NCBI GenBank assembly: GCA_002269645.1
Contig: NIVC01000481.1
Coordinates: forward strand, 124,001 to 188,000
Length of the DNA: 64,000 nucleotides
DNA from: Macrostomum lignano
Lineage: Eukaryota
Reading direction: 5' to 3'
Part shown: positions 12,083 to 30,599 of the stretch, in pieces
Layout of the letters: each line of letters begins with the position of its first letter
Position numbering within the stretch: the stretch's first letter is position 1
Program-made: the position numbers and the translations under genes
Notes under the pieces: model-generated
Seen by the model: the letters and a program-made list of their open reading frames with translations, nothing else
Told to the model about the DNA's origin: nothing
Database searches by the model: none

Positions 12083-12835
12083 CACTAGCAACCGTTGTTT
12101 AGGAATTGGCCTTAGCAACCGTTTTCAGGAATTGCCCTTGACTGTTGTTTAAGAATTGCTCTAAGCAACTGTTGTTTAGGGATTGCCCTTAGCAACCGTT
12201 GTTTAGGGATTGTCCTTAGATGAATTGCCCTTAGCAGCTGTTGTTTAGGGATTTCCCTTAGCAACCGTTTGTTTAGGGATTGCCATTAGCAACCGTTGTT
12301 TAGGGATTGCCCTTAGCATTAGCAGCCGTTGTTTAGGGATTGCCCTCAGCAACCGTTGTTTAGGGATTGCCCTCAGCAACCGTTGTTTAAGAATTACCCT
12401 TAGCAACCGTTGTTTAAGAATTACCCTTAGCAACCGTTGTTTAAGAATTACCCTTAGCAACCGTTGTTTAAGAATTACCCTTAGCAACCGTTGTTTAAGA
12501 ATTACCCTTAGCAACCGTTGTTTAAGAATTACCCTTAGCAACCGTTGTTTAAGAATTACCCTTAGCAACCGTTGTTTAAGAATTACCCTTAGCAACCGTT
12601 GTTTAAGAATTACCCTTAGCAACCGTTGTTTAAGAATTACCCTTAGCAACCGTTGTTTAAGAATTACCCTTAGCAACCGTTGTTTAAGAATTACCCTTAG
12701 CAACCGTTGTTTAAGAATTACCCTTAGCAACCGTTGTTTAAGAATTACCCTTAGCAACCGTTGTTTAAGAATTACCCTTAGCAACCGTTGTTTAAGAATT
12801 GCTCGTAGCAACCACTGTTTACAAATTTCCAATAG
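12083..12835. repeat. 27-bp minisatellite TTACCCTTAGCAACCGTTGTTTAAGAA
   Basis: Homogeneous central units with degenerate flanks. Confidence 0.95.
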
Positions 12836-13028
12836 CAACACTTAGATCAGGATTGTCCGCAGCAACAGCTGTGTGAGAATCACTTTTAGAAACAATTTCA
12901 GAGTCCCCATAACTGCTAAAAATGGTTGTTGAAATGATTTTTCCTTTTCTTTTTCGTGCATGCAAAACTGGAATCAGTTTGGTTTTTTGTCTTCACAAGT
13001 CAATTTTATAAAATTTGATATCTAAAAA

Positions 13029-14144
13029 ATGTTCAATCGCTTCGTATTCGGCGGCGGGCCCGGGCCGCAGATGTCAAGCACATTTGAGACCACCTACCGG
13101 TGCTACTCAGCCAGCATGTTCACCGGCCAGGACAAGGTCAGACAGGAAGCCCAAACTGGCGGCAAGATTATCATGCCCCAATCCGCTCTGGAGTCCCTAG
13201 TCCAGCTGCACATTCAATATCCAATGATATTCCGGCTGTCGAATCCCGTGACAAAGAAATTTAGCCACGCCGGCGTTATAGAATTCACAGCCGAAGAGGG
13301 TCGGGTCTACGTGCCCTATTGGATAATGCAGAATCTGCTATTGAACGAAGGCGATATGTTGCGCATAGAGAATGTCTCTTTGCCCAAGGCTACTTACGCC
13401 AAATTCCAACCGCAGAATGTCAACTTTCTTGACATTTCCAATCCGAAAGCTGTGCTAGAAAATGAGCTGCGTAAATTTGCTTGCCTAAGCACCGGCGATA
13501 TTATCGTATTGCATTATAACAATAAAGAATACGAGCTGCTAGTACAGGAGCTCAAGCCGGCTAATAGCGTCACTATCATTGAATGCGATGTTAATGTTGA
13601 ATTTGACAAGCCGGTTGGCTACGAGGAGAGCACAGTGCCGAAGTCCGCTTCTCAGGCTAGCTTGCCTAGCGGAGCCGCCGGCGGATTTTCCGACGGTCTC
13701 GGCGGCGCTGCCGGCTTGCCGTTGATCCCAGGCGCCATGGAGGATCTCAGCCATCAGCCGGTTATTCCTGAGGGTGCTCGAAACCCGGATAGACCAGCCG
13801 CTTTTCCTGGCGCCGGTCAACGCTTGGACGGAAAATTGAAATCGCAACAGCCGCACGTGTTCTCCGCTGATGGAGCTACCGCAGCTTCCAGTTCCTCTGC
13901 TGCTGCTGTCAACGGCGGATTAACATCTGTTGACTCTTCATCTTCTTTAAACAGCTACTCGGCTAAGGAGCGCGGCGTTCCTAACTACGACTATCGACCT
14001 GGCGAGCTGCATTTTATTCGCAAATTTAACCGCGGCAACGGCAACGACAATGCGGCCGTTGACGGCGGCGACGCCGGCTCGTTTAAAGCGTTCGACGGCG
14101 CTGGGATGCGTTTGAAAACTGCTCGAACCGCCAAGCAGCGATGA
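13029..14144 (+). CDS. UFD1: Ubiquitin fusion degradation protein 1 (p97/Cdc48 cofactor), 371 aa, intronless
   Basis: Single ORF with YRCYS, GGKIIMPQSAL, HAGVIEFTAEEG and FLDISNPKAVLE. SHP-box-like FPGAGQRLDGK and FKAFDGAGMRL. Confidence 0.96.
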   Translation: MFNRFVFGGGPGPQMSSTFETTYRCYSASMFTGQDKVRQEAQTGGKIIMPQSALESLVQLHIQYPMIFRLSNPVTKKFSHAGVIEFTAEEGRVYVPYWIMQNLLLNEGDMLRIENVSLPKATYAKFQPQNVNFLDISNPKAVLENELRKFACLSTGDIIVLHYNNKEYELLVQELKPANSVTIIECDVNVEFDKPVGYEESTVPKSASQASLPSGAAGGFSDGLGGAAGLPLIPGAMEDLSHQPVIPEGARNPDRPAAFPGAGQRLDGKLKSQQPHVFSADGATAASSSSAAAVNGGLTSVDSSSSLNSYSAKERGVPNYDYRPGELHFIRKFNRGNGNDNAAVDGGDAGSFKAFDGAGMRLKTARTAKQR

Positions 14145-14204
14145 AGACTTATGAGAGAGATTTGCATAGGTGTTTAAAGGGGGTTTATCGAAATGTTTAA
14201 GAGG

Positions 14205-14800
14205 ATCTTTAGGGATTTTTGATTGAAGAGAATCTATAGGGATGTTTGAAGAGAATCTTTAGGGATGTTTGAAGAGAATCTTTAGGGATGTTTGAAGAGA
14301 ATCTTTAGGGATGTTTGAAGAGAATCTTTAGGGATGTTTGAAGAGAATCTTTAGGGATGTTTGAAGAGAATCTTTAGGGATGTTTGAAGAGAATCTATAG
14401 GGATGTTTGAAGAGAATCTTTAGGGATGTTTGAACAGAATCTATAGGGGTGTTTAAAGAGAATCTTTAGGGATGTTTGAACAGAATCTTTAGGGATGTTT
14501 GAACAGAATCTATAGGGGTGTTTAAAGAGAATCCTCAGGGATTTTTAAAGAAAATCTATAATGATGTTTGAAGAGAATCTTTGGGATGTTTGAACAGAAT
14601 CTATAGGGGTGTTTGATTGAAAAGAATCTATAGGGGTGTTTGATTGAAAAGAATCTATAGGGGTGTTTAAAGAGAATCTATAGGGATTTTTAAATGGAAT
14701 CCTCAGGGATTTTTAAAGAAAATCAATAACGATGTTTGAAGAGAATCTTTAGGGATGTTTGAACAGAATCTATAGATATGTTTAAAGAGAATCTATAGAG
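14205..14800. repeat. 23-bp minisatellite GAAGAGAATCTTTAGGGATGTTT
   Basis: Visible tandem units just downstream of the UFD1 stop. Confidence 0.92.
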
Positions 14801-15795
14801 ACGTTTACGTAGGACTTATTGGTTGCTTAAAGAAACTACAATTAAAAACGCTTAGTTATAAAAGTCATCCTCCAAATCAAGGATGCGGCCTCTAAATCTA
14901 TGTTTTTCGCCAGAATTCGAGTTGCAAGTATCATTAATTTTTGTTGCCATTGTAATTTGCATCCCCTTTAAAACACCCTTTGAGCTCCAGGTAGCAACCC
15001 TTTTTTATAAAATATCAAAAACATATTTTAGATTTAGGTTTTTGCTTTTAAACTACCTTATTCTTCATAACAGGTAGTCCGCAAATTGTAATTGCTTTTT
15101 GTTAACATAAACTAGCTATATATGCATTGTAAACTGCCACTGGAGTTGTGTCTGCCTGACCATTTTAACATCATATTTTGCTTAACTGCTTACGCGGTAT
15201 TAAGGGGGTATTTTATTTAAAGTATTTCAAGTTTCCCTTCTTATGTAGCTACTATTTTGTTGGGAATTTATTCTCTTTCAAGCCTTTGTATTTTTATTCA
15301 GATAAGATTACTACAATTGAGTAAGTAGTGAGTAAGATTTTTCAGTCACATTAAGGCCTAAAAGTTAAAAAATCGATATGAAGCTATCCAATGTAAATAT
15401 ATTTTTCCTGTGCTATCCTCTATGAGTAGGATAATATGCATATGTGTTATTAGCACATTGCACTTACAATTACATATTTAAGTCTAATAGAATTATACTC
15501 AGTACTCTTGTGAATGCAACACTTCTTTCAAGTAACTTTCAAGGTAGCGGTCTGTTATCTTAATACTTGTATTTATATATGCAGAATAAACCTACTATTA
15601 TTGTATGAATTTCCCTTATATTGTAATCCGAAATGTTCTGAAGTGTAAAATATACAGATTTTATGTTCGCTGACTAATATAAATATCTTTTTTTGCATTG
15701 TAAACATCTATTTTGTTAAAATGTTTTCTTTAATCATACCAGAGTGAATATTCGGTTGGTTCACAAAATTTGATATTGATTGAATCAATACTGTG

Positions 15796-16503
15796 AGCCA
15801 GAGATCGCTGAGGACTTCAGAGGGTGTGAAAGCAGCAGACACAGCCAGAGATCGCTGAGGACTTCAGAGGGTGCGAAAGCAGCAGACACAGCCAGAGATC
15901 GCTGAGGACTTCAGAGGGTGTGAAAGCAGCAGACACAGCCAGAGATCACTGAGGACTTCAGAGGGTGCGAAAGCAGCAGACACAGCCAGAGATCACTGAG
16001 GACTTCAGAGGGTGTGAAAGCAGCAGACACAGCCAGAGATCGCTGAGGACTTCAGAGGTTGCGAAAGCAGCAGACACAGCCAGAGATCGCTGAGGACTTC
16101 AGAGGTTGCGAAAGCAGCAGACACAGTCAGAGATCGCTGAGGACTTCAGAGGGTGTGAAAGCAGCAGACACAGCCAGAGATCGCTGAGGACTTCAGAGGG
16201 TGTGAAAGCAGCAGACACAGCCAGAGATCACTGAGGACTTCAGAGGGTGTGAAAGCAGCAGACACAGTCAGAGATCGCTGAGGACTTCAGAGGGTGTGAA
16301 AGCAGCAGACAGCCAGAGATCGCTGAGGACTTCAGAGGGTGTGAAAGCAGCAGACACAGTCAGAGATCGCTGAGGACTTCAGAGGGTGTGAAAGCAGCAG
16401 ACAGCCAGAGATCGCTGAGGACTTCAGAGGGTGTGAAAGCAGCAGACACAGTCAGAGATCGCTGAGGACTTCAGAGGGTGTGAAAGCAGCAGACACAGTC
16501 ACA
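15796..16503. repeat. 47-bp minisatellite AGCCAGAGATCGCTGAGGACTTCAGAGGGTGTGAAAGCAGCAGACAC, about 15 copies
   Basis: Unit starts at 15796 and 15843 give a period of 47; no unique spacers. Confidence 0.95.
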
Positions 16504-16672
16504 GATCAGCTATTTTGCGGTCCCTAAAAAGGGACTTTAATTCCATAGACAACTTGATATCTCAAAGTAAATGGCATCGTTTAGCGATGAATCTTCTTTT
16601 TTAAAGGATTACTTTGCAAACATTTACACCAGACTTCTTACGCGTCGATAGAATCCATAAGAATCGATCTTG

Positions 16673-20192
<3,520 letters not shown>

Positions 20193-20268
20193 TTGTGCTT
20201 GAGCTGCGACTTTATTTGGTCTGTTTCTGTCATTTCTGTGTCTTTTATTAGGCTGTGTGCACCAGACG

Positions 20269-20671
20269 TAGGGATTGCAAAATCCCGGTTTTTTTGCGAT
20301 CCCGGGATCAGAAAAATACAGGTTTTGAAGCATTCTTGGTTGAAATTTTAAGGCAAAATAAGGCTTCCATTTTGATTGTTATAGAGATATTGATCTTTTT
20401 GTGGATGAAAACAGCATTATCGTGTGACGTATTTAAGTAAGTAGTATAAAAGTACTAATTAGTAGTAAAGAAGCAAATCAAAATCAAAATTTACATTGGA
20501 ATAAATTTCACATTTAAATCTGTGATGCGGGGTTTAAAAAGGCGCCACGCGACGTGAGGCAATTAACGGTTAGCGCAGTATAATAAACTTGTTGTGAGCC
20601 CAAACATGTTCGTATTAAACACTTTTTGTAAAAATTATTAACAAAAAGTAGTCCCGGGATTGCAATCCCTA
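20269..20671. mobile_element. hAT-type MITE, about 403 bp
   Basis: TIRs TAGGGATTGCAA and TTGCAATCCCTA. 8-bp TSD ACCAGACG (20261-20268) versus ACCAGAAG (20672-20679), 7/8 match. Subterminal TCCCGGGAT. Confidence 0.8.
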
Positions 20672-20681
20672 ACCAGAAGTC

Positions 20682-20837
20682 CACAACCGGCGAGAGGCAT
20701 TACTGCCCATTCCGCCGACTCCCCTGAGCAGGCACACAAGCGCGCGGATACGTACGCAGTCATACGCACAGGCACACACTCACACAGGAGTGCACAGCGG
20801 CCCTTAACTTTATTTATCGTTAGGCATGTGCACTTCA
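20682..20837 (+). mobile_element. Dispersed repeat, copy A of a 160-200 bp family
   Basis: CACAACCGGCGAGAGGCATT...CTCACACAGGAGTG...GCGGCCC recurs at 51922-52082 (inverted) and 53384-53541. Confidence 0.85.
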
Positions 20838-21232
20838 AAGACTACTCAAGTAGAAGGACGGGAAATCTCGTTTCTTGGAAAACTTTAGGAAGGCAGGAAG
20901 TTTTCATTTTTTCAGCACGAAAACTGTTATTAATTTTGATAGGAAGCAGACCCGGTTGTTCATTGTTTGATATGTCTGATATGTAAGTGCGTCAGTTTCT
21001 CAGTATCTGTTTGTAGTTTCTCAACAATATCCTAGCACAATAGCCATTATTACCTTCTTGACTCGAGTACTACTTATAGGTTTAATTTGTACTTCAGCCA
21101 TACTTCTAATTAACCGTAAGAAATTAACAATTAATTACTAATTGCAAAGCGTAACAAAACTTTATTGAAAAATGCTGTCCTATTATTACTGAAATAAAAT
21201 AAAATAATTCAAACTTTATTATTCGGTTACGA

Positions 21233-21780
21233 CAGGGTTCGGCAAACTTTTTTTACTTAAAGGGCCAGCTATAGAACCTAGCGCATGATTGCGGACCAGA
21301 GAAGGGGAGAGAGAGGAGTGAGAAGACACAAGAGAGAAGAGAGATAGAAGAAAGGAGTTGGGAGAATAATTAAGAAGATATGAGATAAAAGAAAAGAAGA
21401 GAAGGGGTTAGAGAGAGGAGAGAAGGGGATGAGAGAGGAGAGAAGGAGATGAGAGAGGAGAGAAGGAGATGAGAGAGAGGAGAGGAGAGAAGAGAAGGAG
21501 ATGAGAGTGAGGAGAGAGAAGGAGATGAGAGAGAGGAAAGGAGAGAAGAGAAGGAGATGAAAGAGGAGAGAAGAGAAGGAGATGAGAGAGGAGAGAAGAG
21601 GAGATGAGAGAGAGAAGAGAAACAAAGGAGATGAGACTGGGGAGAGAGGATATTAAAGAGAAGGGAGCTGAGAAGAGACAGAACTTCGAGCGGGCCAGAT
21701 TGCTTTTGTGAAGTTTCAAAGGACCCGAGAGCCGGATAGAGAGGCTTCGCGGGCCGCATGGGGCGAGCTGCGGGTACAAC
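21233..21780 (+). mobile_element. Partial hAT-like element carrying an expanded GA-rich tract (21300-21680)
   Basis: Starts CAGGGTTCGGCAAACTTTTT...AAAGGGCCAG, typical of hAT/Charlie-type MITE ends. Right TIR not identified. Confidence 0.45.
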
Positions 21781-22230
21781 CCTCAGCCATTCCAAGGGTT
21801 AGTCAGCTGGGTGCAACCATTCTCAACAGAGGCGCTAACACCCCTCGGCCATTCCGCCAACCCCATGACCTGTGGGTGCGTGTCGGCCCCGTTTAAAGAT
21901 CTGAGTTCAGCTTAGACTTAGAGATAAATAAAGACACCTTATTAGCACTTTCCTAAAATGATCAATACGCTTAGGGAACCATATGCGGCTATTTCCCTTT
22001 GATCTTTTGGTAATATGGAATAATTACGCAATAACGATCTCATCCTCAGCTGCCCGGAGTTATCTCTATAGTGTACTTTCGACTATCTGTCTGACCCGAA
22101 ACCCCACCCATCCCCTCAGACTTAGCGGTTTCCTTTCTCTCCGACTGGCCCAGCCGGGGGGGGGGGCTCAGAAGGATAAATTTGAGACACCAGCAAGCAC
22201 AGAGCAGACTCAATTGCAAAAATTTCGAAA

Positions 22231-24235
<2,005 letters not shown>

Positions 24236-24404
24236 CTTAGCTGACAATGAATTTGACTTAATTCAATATTTCTTACAATACTTCTACTACAAGTAGTCGA
24301 ATTTGAATTTTCAGTAAATTGTTTAGTTTCTGCAAAAAGTATTTCTTTGGCTCTTATTTCCATTTTTACAAAGTGAATAAAACTGTATTTATTTAAAACA
24401 GACA

Positions 24405-25500
24405 GACTGTGTCTCTTGAGTTTGGCGCTGCTGTGTCTCTTGAGTTTGGCGCCACTGTGTCTCTTGAGTTTGGCGCCACTGTATCTCTTGAGTTTGGCGC
24501 CACTGTATCTCTTGAGTTTGGCGCCACTGTGTCTCTTGAGTTTGGCGCCACTGTATCTCTTGAGTTTGGCGCCACTGTATCTCTTGAGTTTGGCGCCACT
24601 GTATCTCTTGAGTTTGGCGCTACTGTGTCTCTTGAGTTTGGCGCTACTGTGTCTCTTGAGTTTGGCGCCACTGTGTCTCTTGAGTTTGGCGCCACTGCGT
24701 CTCTTGAGTTTGGCGCCACTGTATCTCCTGAGTTTGGCGCCACTGTATCTCTTGAGTTTGGCGCCACTGTGTCTCTTGAGTTTGGTGCCACTGTATCTCT
24801 TGAGTTTGGCGCCACTGTGTCTCTTGAGTTTGGCGCCACTGTATCTCTTGAGTTTGGCGCCACTGTGTCTCTTGAGTTTGGCGCCACTGTGTCTCTTGAG
24901 TTTGGCGCCACTGTGTCTCTTGAGTTTAGTGCCACTGCATGTGTCTCTTGAGTTTGGCGCCACTGTGTCTCTTGAGTTTAGTGCCACTGCATGTGTCTTT
25001 TAAGTTTGGCACCACTGTGTCTCTTTAGTTTGGCGCCACTGTGTCTCTTGAGTTTGGCGCCACTGTATCTCTTGAGTTTGGCGCCACTGCATCTCTTGAG
25101 TTTGGCGCCACTGTATCTCTTGAGTTTGGCGCCACTGTATCTCTTGAGTTTGGCGCCACTGTATCTCTTGAGTTTGGCGCTACTGTGTCTCTTGAGTTTG
25201 GCACCACTGTGTCTCTTGAGTTTGGCGCCACTGTGTCTCTTGAGTTTAGTGCCACTGCATGTGTCTCTTGAGTTTGGCGCCACTGTGTCTCTTGAGTTTA
25301 GTGCCACTGCATGTGTCTTTTAAGTTTGGCACCACTGTATCTCTTGAGTTTGGCGCCACTGTGTCTCTTGAGTTTGGCGCCACTGTATCTCTTGAGTTTG
25401 GCGCCACTGTATCTCTTGAGTTTGGCGCCACTGAATCTCTTGAGTTTGGCGCCACTGTATCTCTTGAGTTTGGCGCCACTGAATCTCTTGAGTTTGGCGC
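24405..25500. repeat. 24-bp minisatellite CTGTGTCTCTTGAGTTTGGCGCCA, about 45 copies
   Basis: Period 24, giving the 8-aa repeat ORFs in the track. Confidence 0.97.
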
Positions 25501-25998
25501 CCTTCTTCGCTACCAGCTACCTTCTCAAGCAGCTCCTTCAATGCGTGGCGTTCCCAAGAATGACCCTTGATGAGTTATGATGAGGTACAGGAAAGCGAAG
25601 AGTCGATAAAATCTTGGCTATCCATAGCCACTCTAGAAAACTCTTAAAGCAGTGTTAAGCCTCATCCAGTCATAGGCTAGAGAGGATGTAAGGATCATGA
25701 TAGCAACTTGTCTACAGTGCACTGCAGTCACAGCAAAGCCAGGGCACTCAGCGAACTCTGCTTCATCTCGGTAATTTGTGAGGCCCCCTTAGGGGAAAAA
25801 TCTTGAGTAGGCCAAGCTTGATAGAAGTTCGACCGTAGCCAGAATTGAAGTGATTATGAAACTACACTGGGATTGCATACGAAGCTGCTAGGGATGCGCG
25901 TCATTCCTTGTGCTGAGGCGGCACTTTATTCGATTTTCACATCACTTCGGCTCTCTTATTTTCTCTGATGAGGGCCATCCTTGACAAGGGAGCGAAGT

Positions 25999-26045
<47 letters not shown>

Positions 26046-26242
26046 CCAAGGAAACGAGAATTGAAGCTGAGGAGAGATTCTGAGCGTTGAGTGGCAGTAA
26101 GAGTGGGGATCAAAGAAATGGGAGCGTACTGTGTCGGGCTAAGGAGGCCCTGAGCAAGAGCTCGGAGTGCCAACTGCCATCCAAACCCTATATCATTGAC
26201 CAATTTTAGCTGCAATATGCCCATCTTTTCACGCTTTAAGGA

Positions 26243-26573
<331 letters not shown>

Positions 26574-27148
26574 ATTTTCTCGTCATATGGTTTGTATGCC
26601 TAGCTATGAACAGAAAAATCGAAGAACTGTTCTCAACTACAATGTTAACAACAGCAGTGGACACTAAATAAACTCCATTGGGTCTACAAGAATCTCCTTG
26701 ACCACGCCCTATAGCAGCTATGATTGGTTACAGTGGGTGTGTAGTGGCCTTCATACTTGCTTCTATTTAGCTCAGATCTGTCGCATCGCATCGCTTCTCT
26801 CAGCTCTTCTCTTGTGTGTTTGAGACCTTAGTCCCATCCGCTCTCAAGAGACATTTCCTTCTAGCTAAGAGAGCTTGCACATAGAGCGGGGAATTAACTA
26901 CATGTAGAGTAGCCTTTCATAGAAAACTTTGCCTCAAGTTGAGAAGTTGAATTTGTCATATTTTTAACTGTTACTTTTAGTTTAGTATAACTAAATTTTT
27001 TTCAATATCATAGATTTTCTAATGGAAAAACTTGACAATTTTCAACAACAAGAAATTGATTGTAACGCCGAGAATGGCGTAAAATTAATTGCGTCAGAGC
27101 TCAGCGCTGGGTGAGTTAATCTGCAAATTTGCATGGTCTGGTTTTTGG

Positions 27149-27475
27149 ATTTTTGTGGCGCCAAAGTGGATATTTTTGTGGCGCCAAAGTGGATATTTTT
27201 GTGGCGCCAAAGTGGATATTTTTGTGGCGCCAAAGTGGATATTTTTGTGGCGTCAAAGTGGATATTTTTGTGGTGCCAAAGTGGACATTTTTGAGGTGCC
27301 AAGGTGGAAATTTTAGGGCGCCACAGTGGACATGTCAGTATTGGCGCCATGACAGTGTGGACATGTCAGTATTGGCGCCATGACAGTGTGGACATGTCAG
27401 TATTGGCGCCATGACAGTGTGGACATGTCAGTATTGGCGCCATGACAGTGTGGACATGTCAGTATTGGCACCACT
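27149..27475. repeat. Adjacent 23-bp (TTTTTGTGGCGCCAAAGTGGATA) and 31-bp (GACAGTGTGGACATGTCAGTATTGGCGCCAT) minisatellites
   Basis: Direct inspection. Confidence 0.9.
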
Positions 27476-28059
27476 AGATTTTAGGCGTCATTATTAGGTG
27501 TCGTCAGTAGATTCTGAAATATCTTTAAAATATAAAAAAATATTGTGAATATACGCATATAATCCTACTTTCAGTTGACTAAGTAGTAGACTAAGGTTAG
27601 AAAAATTTGACAAACGATTTGCTAAAAATGCCTTTTTTCAAGGTTAACCCCAAAAGTAGCAGTTAGAAGTTCCTTTCATGGGGCATATTTTTCGAATTAA
27701 CACCTGCCAATTGGTTTTGCAAAAACATGAGGATCGAATTTTTGGTGTGTAGCTTGCAAGGGAGGCGCCGATTTGCCTCTCAACGACCAGTCAGTGGCGC
27801 TTGTTTTGAAAAAAAATCTTTGCAGACAGGCTTTGTCCGGGTCGAGAGACAGATTGCAATTTAAAGGTTACTGATTGATGGATGATTTTATTGGCTGATA
27901 TAGATCTGCGGCGAAAGGCTTGCTTTTTCTTATGGAAAAAGGATTGCTGACTACTTATAGCAGTGTGATTTCTAAAGTTTACTAGATTAAATAAATAATG
28001 TTATCGACAAACAGTCTTTGCATATTCACATTAGATTTTAGACTTTAAAAATGTACATA

Positions 28060-28840
28060 TGATTTACAGCCAATGACAGATTTACAGCCGATGACAGATT
28101 TACAGCCAATGACAGATTTACAGCAATATTCAGATTTACAGATAAATACAGATTTACAGCGATGACAGATTTACAGCCAATGACAGATTTATAGCAATAT
28201 TCAGATTTACAGATAACTACAGATTTACAGCCAATGACAGATTTACAGCCAATGACAGATTTACAGTCAATGACAGATTTACAGCCAATGACAGATTTAC
28301 AGCCAATGACAGATTTATAGCCAATGACAGATTTACAGCCAATGACAGATTTACAGCCGATGACAGATTTACAGCCAATGACAGATTTACAGCAATATTC
28401 AGATTTACAGATAAATACAGATTTACAGCCAATGACAGATTTACAGCCAATGACAGATTTACAGCCAATGACAGATTTACAGCCAATGACAGATTTACAG
28501 CCAATGACAGATTTACAGCCAATGACAGATTTACAGCCAATGACAGATTTACAGCCAATGACAGATTTACAGCCAATGACAGATTTACAGCCAATGACAG
28601 ATTTACAGCCAATGACAGATTTACAGTCAATGACAGATTTACAGCCAATGACAGATTTACAGCCAATGACAGATTTACAGCCAATGACAGATTTACAGCC
28701 AATGACAGATTTACAGCCAATGACAGATTTACAGCCAATACAGATTTACAGCGATGACAGATTTATAGCCAATGACAGATTTACAGCCAATGACAGATTT
28801 ACAGCCAATGACAGATTTACAGCCAATACAGATTTATAGC
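28060..28840. repeat. 18-bp minisatellite GACAGATTTACAGCCAAT
   Basis: Period 18, giving the MTDLQP ORF. Confidence 0.96.
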
Positions 28841-29174
28841 CACCCAATACAAGCAGTGAGTTATAGGCAGTCTATATTTATTATGCCTATAATAATTAGC
28901 TACGTACATCACACCCAATAGATAAGCTAGATTGCAATCCATAAACGAGTATATAAGCATTAAAAAGCCGACGAAAAAATTATTTCAAGAAAGATACAGG
29001 ATTAGACAGGCTGTCAATATAAATTTCGAGTGGAAGGATTAGGCCGCCTGAGGGTCTATTTTATACACAGAGTTGGGGCCAAGGAGGATGCAAGAACGAA
29101 GATTTGGAGAGAGAGTTGCTTGTTTGGTACAAATTTCTGATGTCATAGAATGATAAGGACTGATCATCTTATAG

Positions 29175-30040
29175 GAGTGACTGTCACAGCTAGCTTTGAC
29201 AGTGGGTGTGATGGAGTGACTGTGACTGTGATGGAGTGACTGTGACTGTGATGGAGTGACTGTGACTGTGATGGAGTGACTGTGACTGTGATGGAGTGAC
29301 TGTGACTGTGATGAAGTGACTGCGAGTGTGATGGAGTGACTGTGATGGAGTGACTGTGACTGTGATGGAGTGACTGTGACTGTGATGGAGTGACTGTGAC
29401 TGTGATGGAGTGACTGTGACTGTGATGGAGTGACTGTGACTGTGATGGAGTGACTGTGACTGTGATGGAGTGACTGTGACTGTGATGGAGTGACTGTGAC
29501 TGTTATGGAGTGACTGTGACTGTGATGGAGTGACTGTGACTGTTATGGAGTGACTGTGACTGTGATGGAGTGACTGTGACTGTGATGGAGTGACTGTGAC
29601 TGTGATGGAGTGACTGTGACTGTGATGGAGTGACTGTGACTGTGACTGTGATGGAGTGACTGTGACTGTGATGGAGTGACTGTGACTGTGATGAAGTGAC
29701 TGCGAGTGTGATGGAGTGACTGTAACTGTGATGGAGTGACTGTAACTGTGATGAAGTGACTGTGACTGTGATGAAGTGACTGCGAGTGTGATGGAGTGAC
29801 TGTGACTGTGATGAAGTGACTGCGAGTGTGATGGAGTGACTGTGAATGCGATGGAGTGACAGTGGGTGTAATAGAGTGACAGTGAGAGTAACAGAGTGAC
29901 TGTGACTGTGATGGAGTTACTGTGAATGCGATGGAGTGACAAGAGGTGAGACGGAGTGACAGCGAGTGTGAAAGTGTGAAAGTGTGGGTCAGAGTGACAG
30001 CGAGTGTGAAAGTGTGACAGTGAGTGTGACAGAATGACAG
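29175..30040. repeat. 20-bp minisatellite TGTGATGGAGTGACTGTGAC
   Basis: Direct inspection. Confidence 0.95.
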
Positions 30041-30599
30041 TCTGATGAGAAGAGATTTGCACTCTCCAGATTTCTTTTTCAAGGTGTCCCTGGCGCGACC
30101 GTCAAGAGAGTGAGGGGTAAGAGGGATATTTTCCAGAGCAAGGGGAGCACTTCCCAAATCACAGGGGGCTGCCCGGCCAGCTGATTAAAATTAATTAGGT
30201 CCGTCCGAATGCAAATTAGTGGCGGCTGCGCCAGCTAGGGGTGTGGGGTGTCTTTCGCGGAATCTCTGAGTCCAGTCAGCAAGTATATGAGATCCTCAGA
30301 GCTTTATCAGAGTATAGCAAGTTTCCCTCACTCTGCGCTTTTGCCCGAGATTTCTGGCCAGCCGCTTTGAAGGATTTGAAAGACGAGGGAAAAAACTTTT
30401 TTTCACGGCTTCAAAAATGGCGGTCGGTCATGATTGCTGCTTTGAGAGAAAAAGAAAGTTCTTAACTTTTATTTTGTCTGGCTTCAGCGAGATTTCCAAG
30501 ATAGGGTTTCCCTGTATAGGTTGGAAGTTTCTAGAAAATCTTCCTAATTGGGGTGCCACAGAATTAATATTAACTAGGGCTGTGAATGAGAACTGTGAA

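Noticed and set aside
15796-16503. CRISPR-like array (also considered for the 27- and 28-bp arrays)
   Set aside because: Units are head-to-tail with no unique spacers, there are no cas genes, and the context is eukaryotic.
25560-26230. Unique island with a 95-aa minus-strand ORF
   Set aside because: No recognisable domain and interrupted by (GA)n; may be a retroelement remnant but unsupported.
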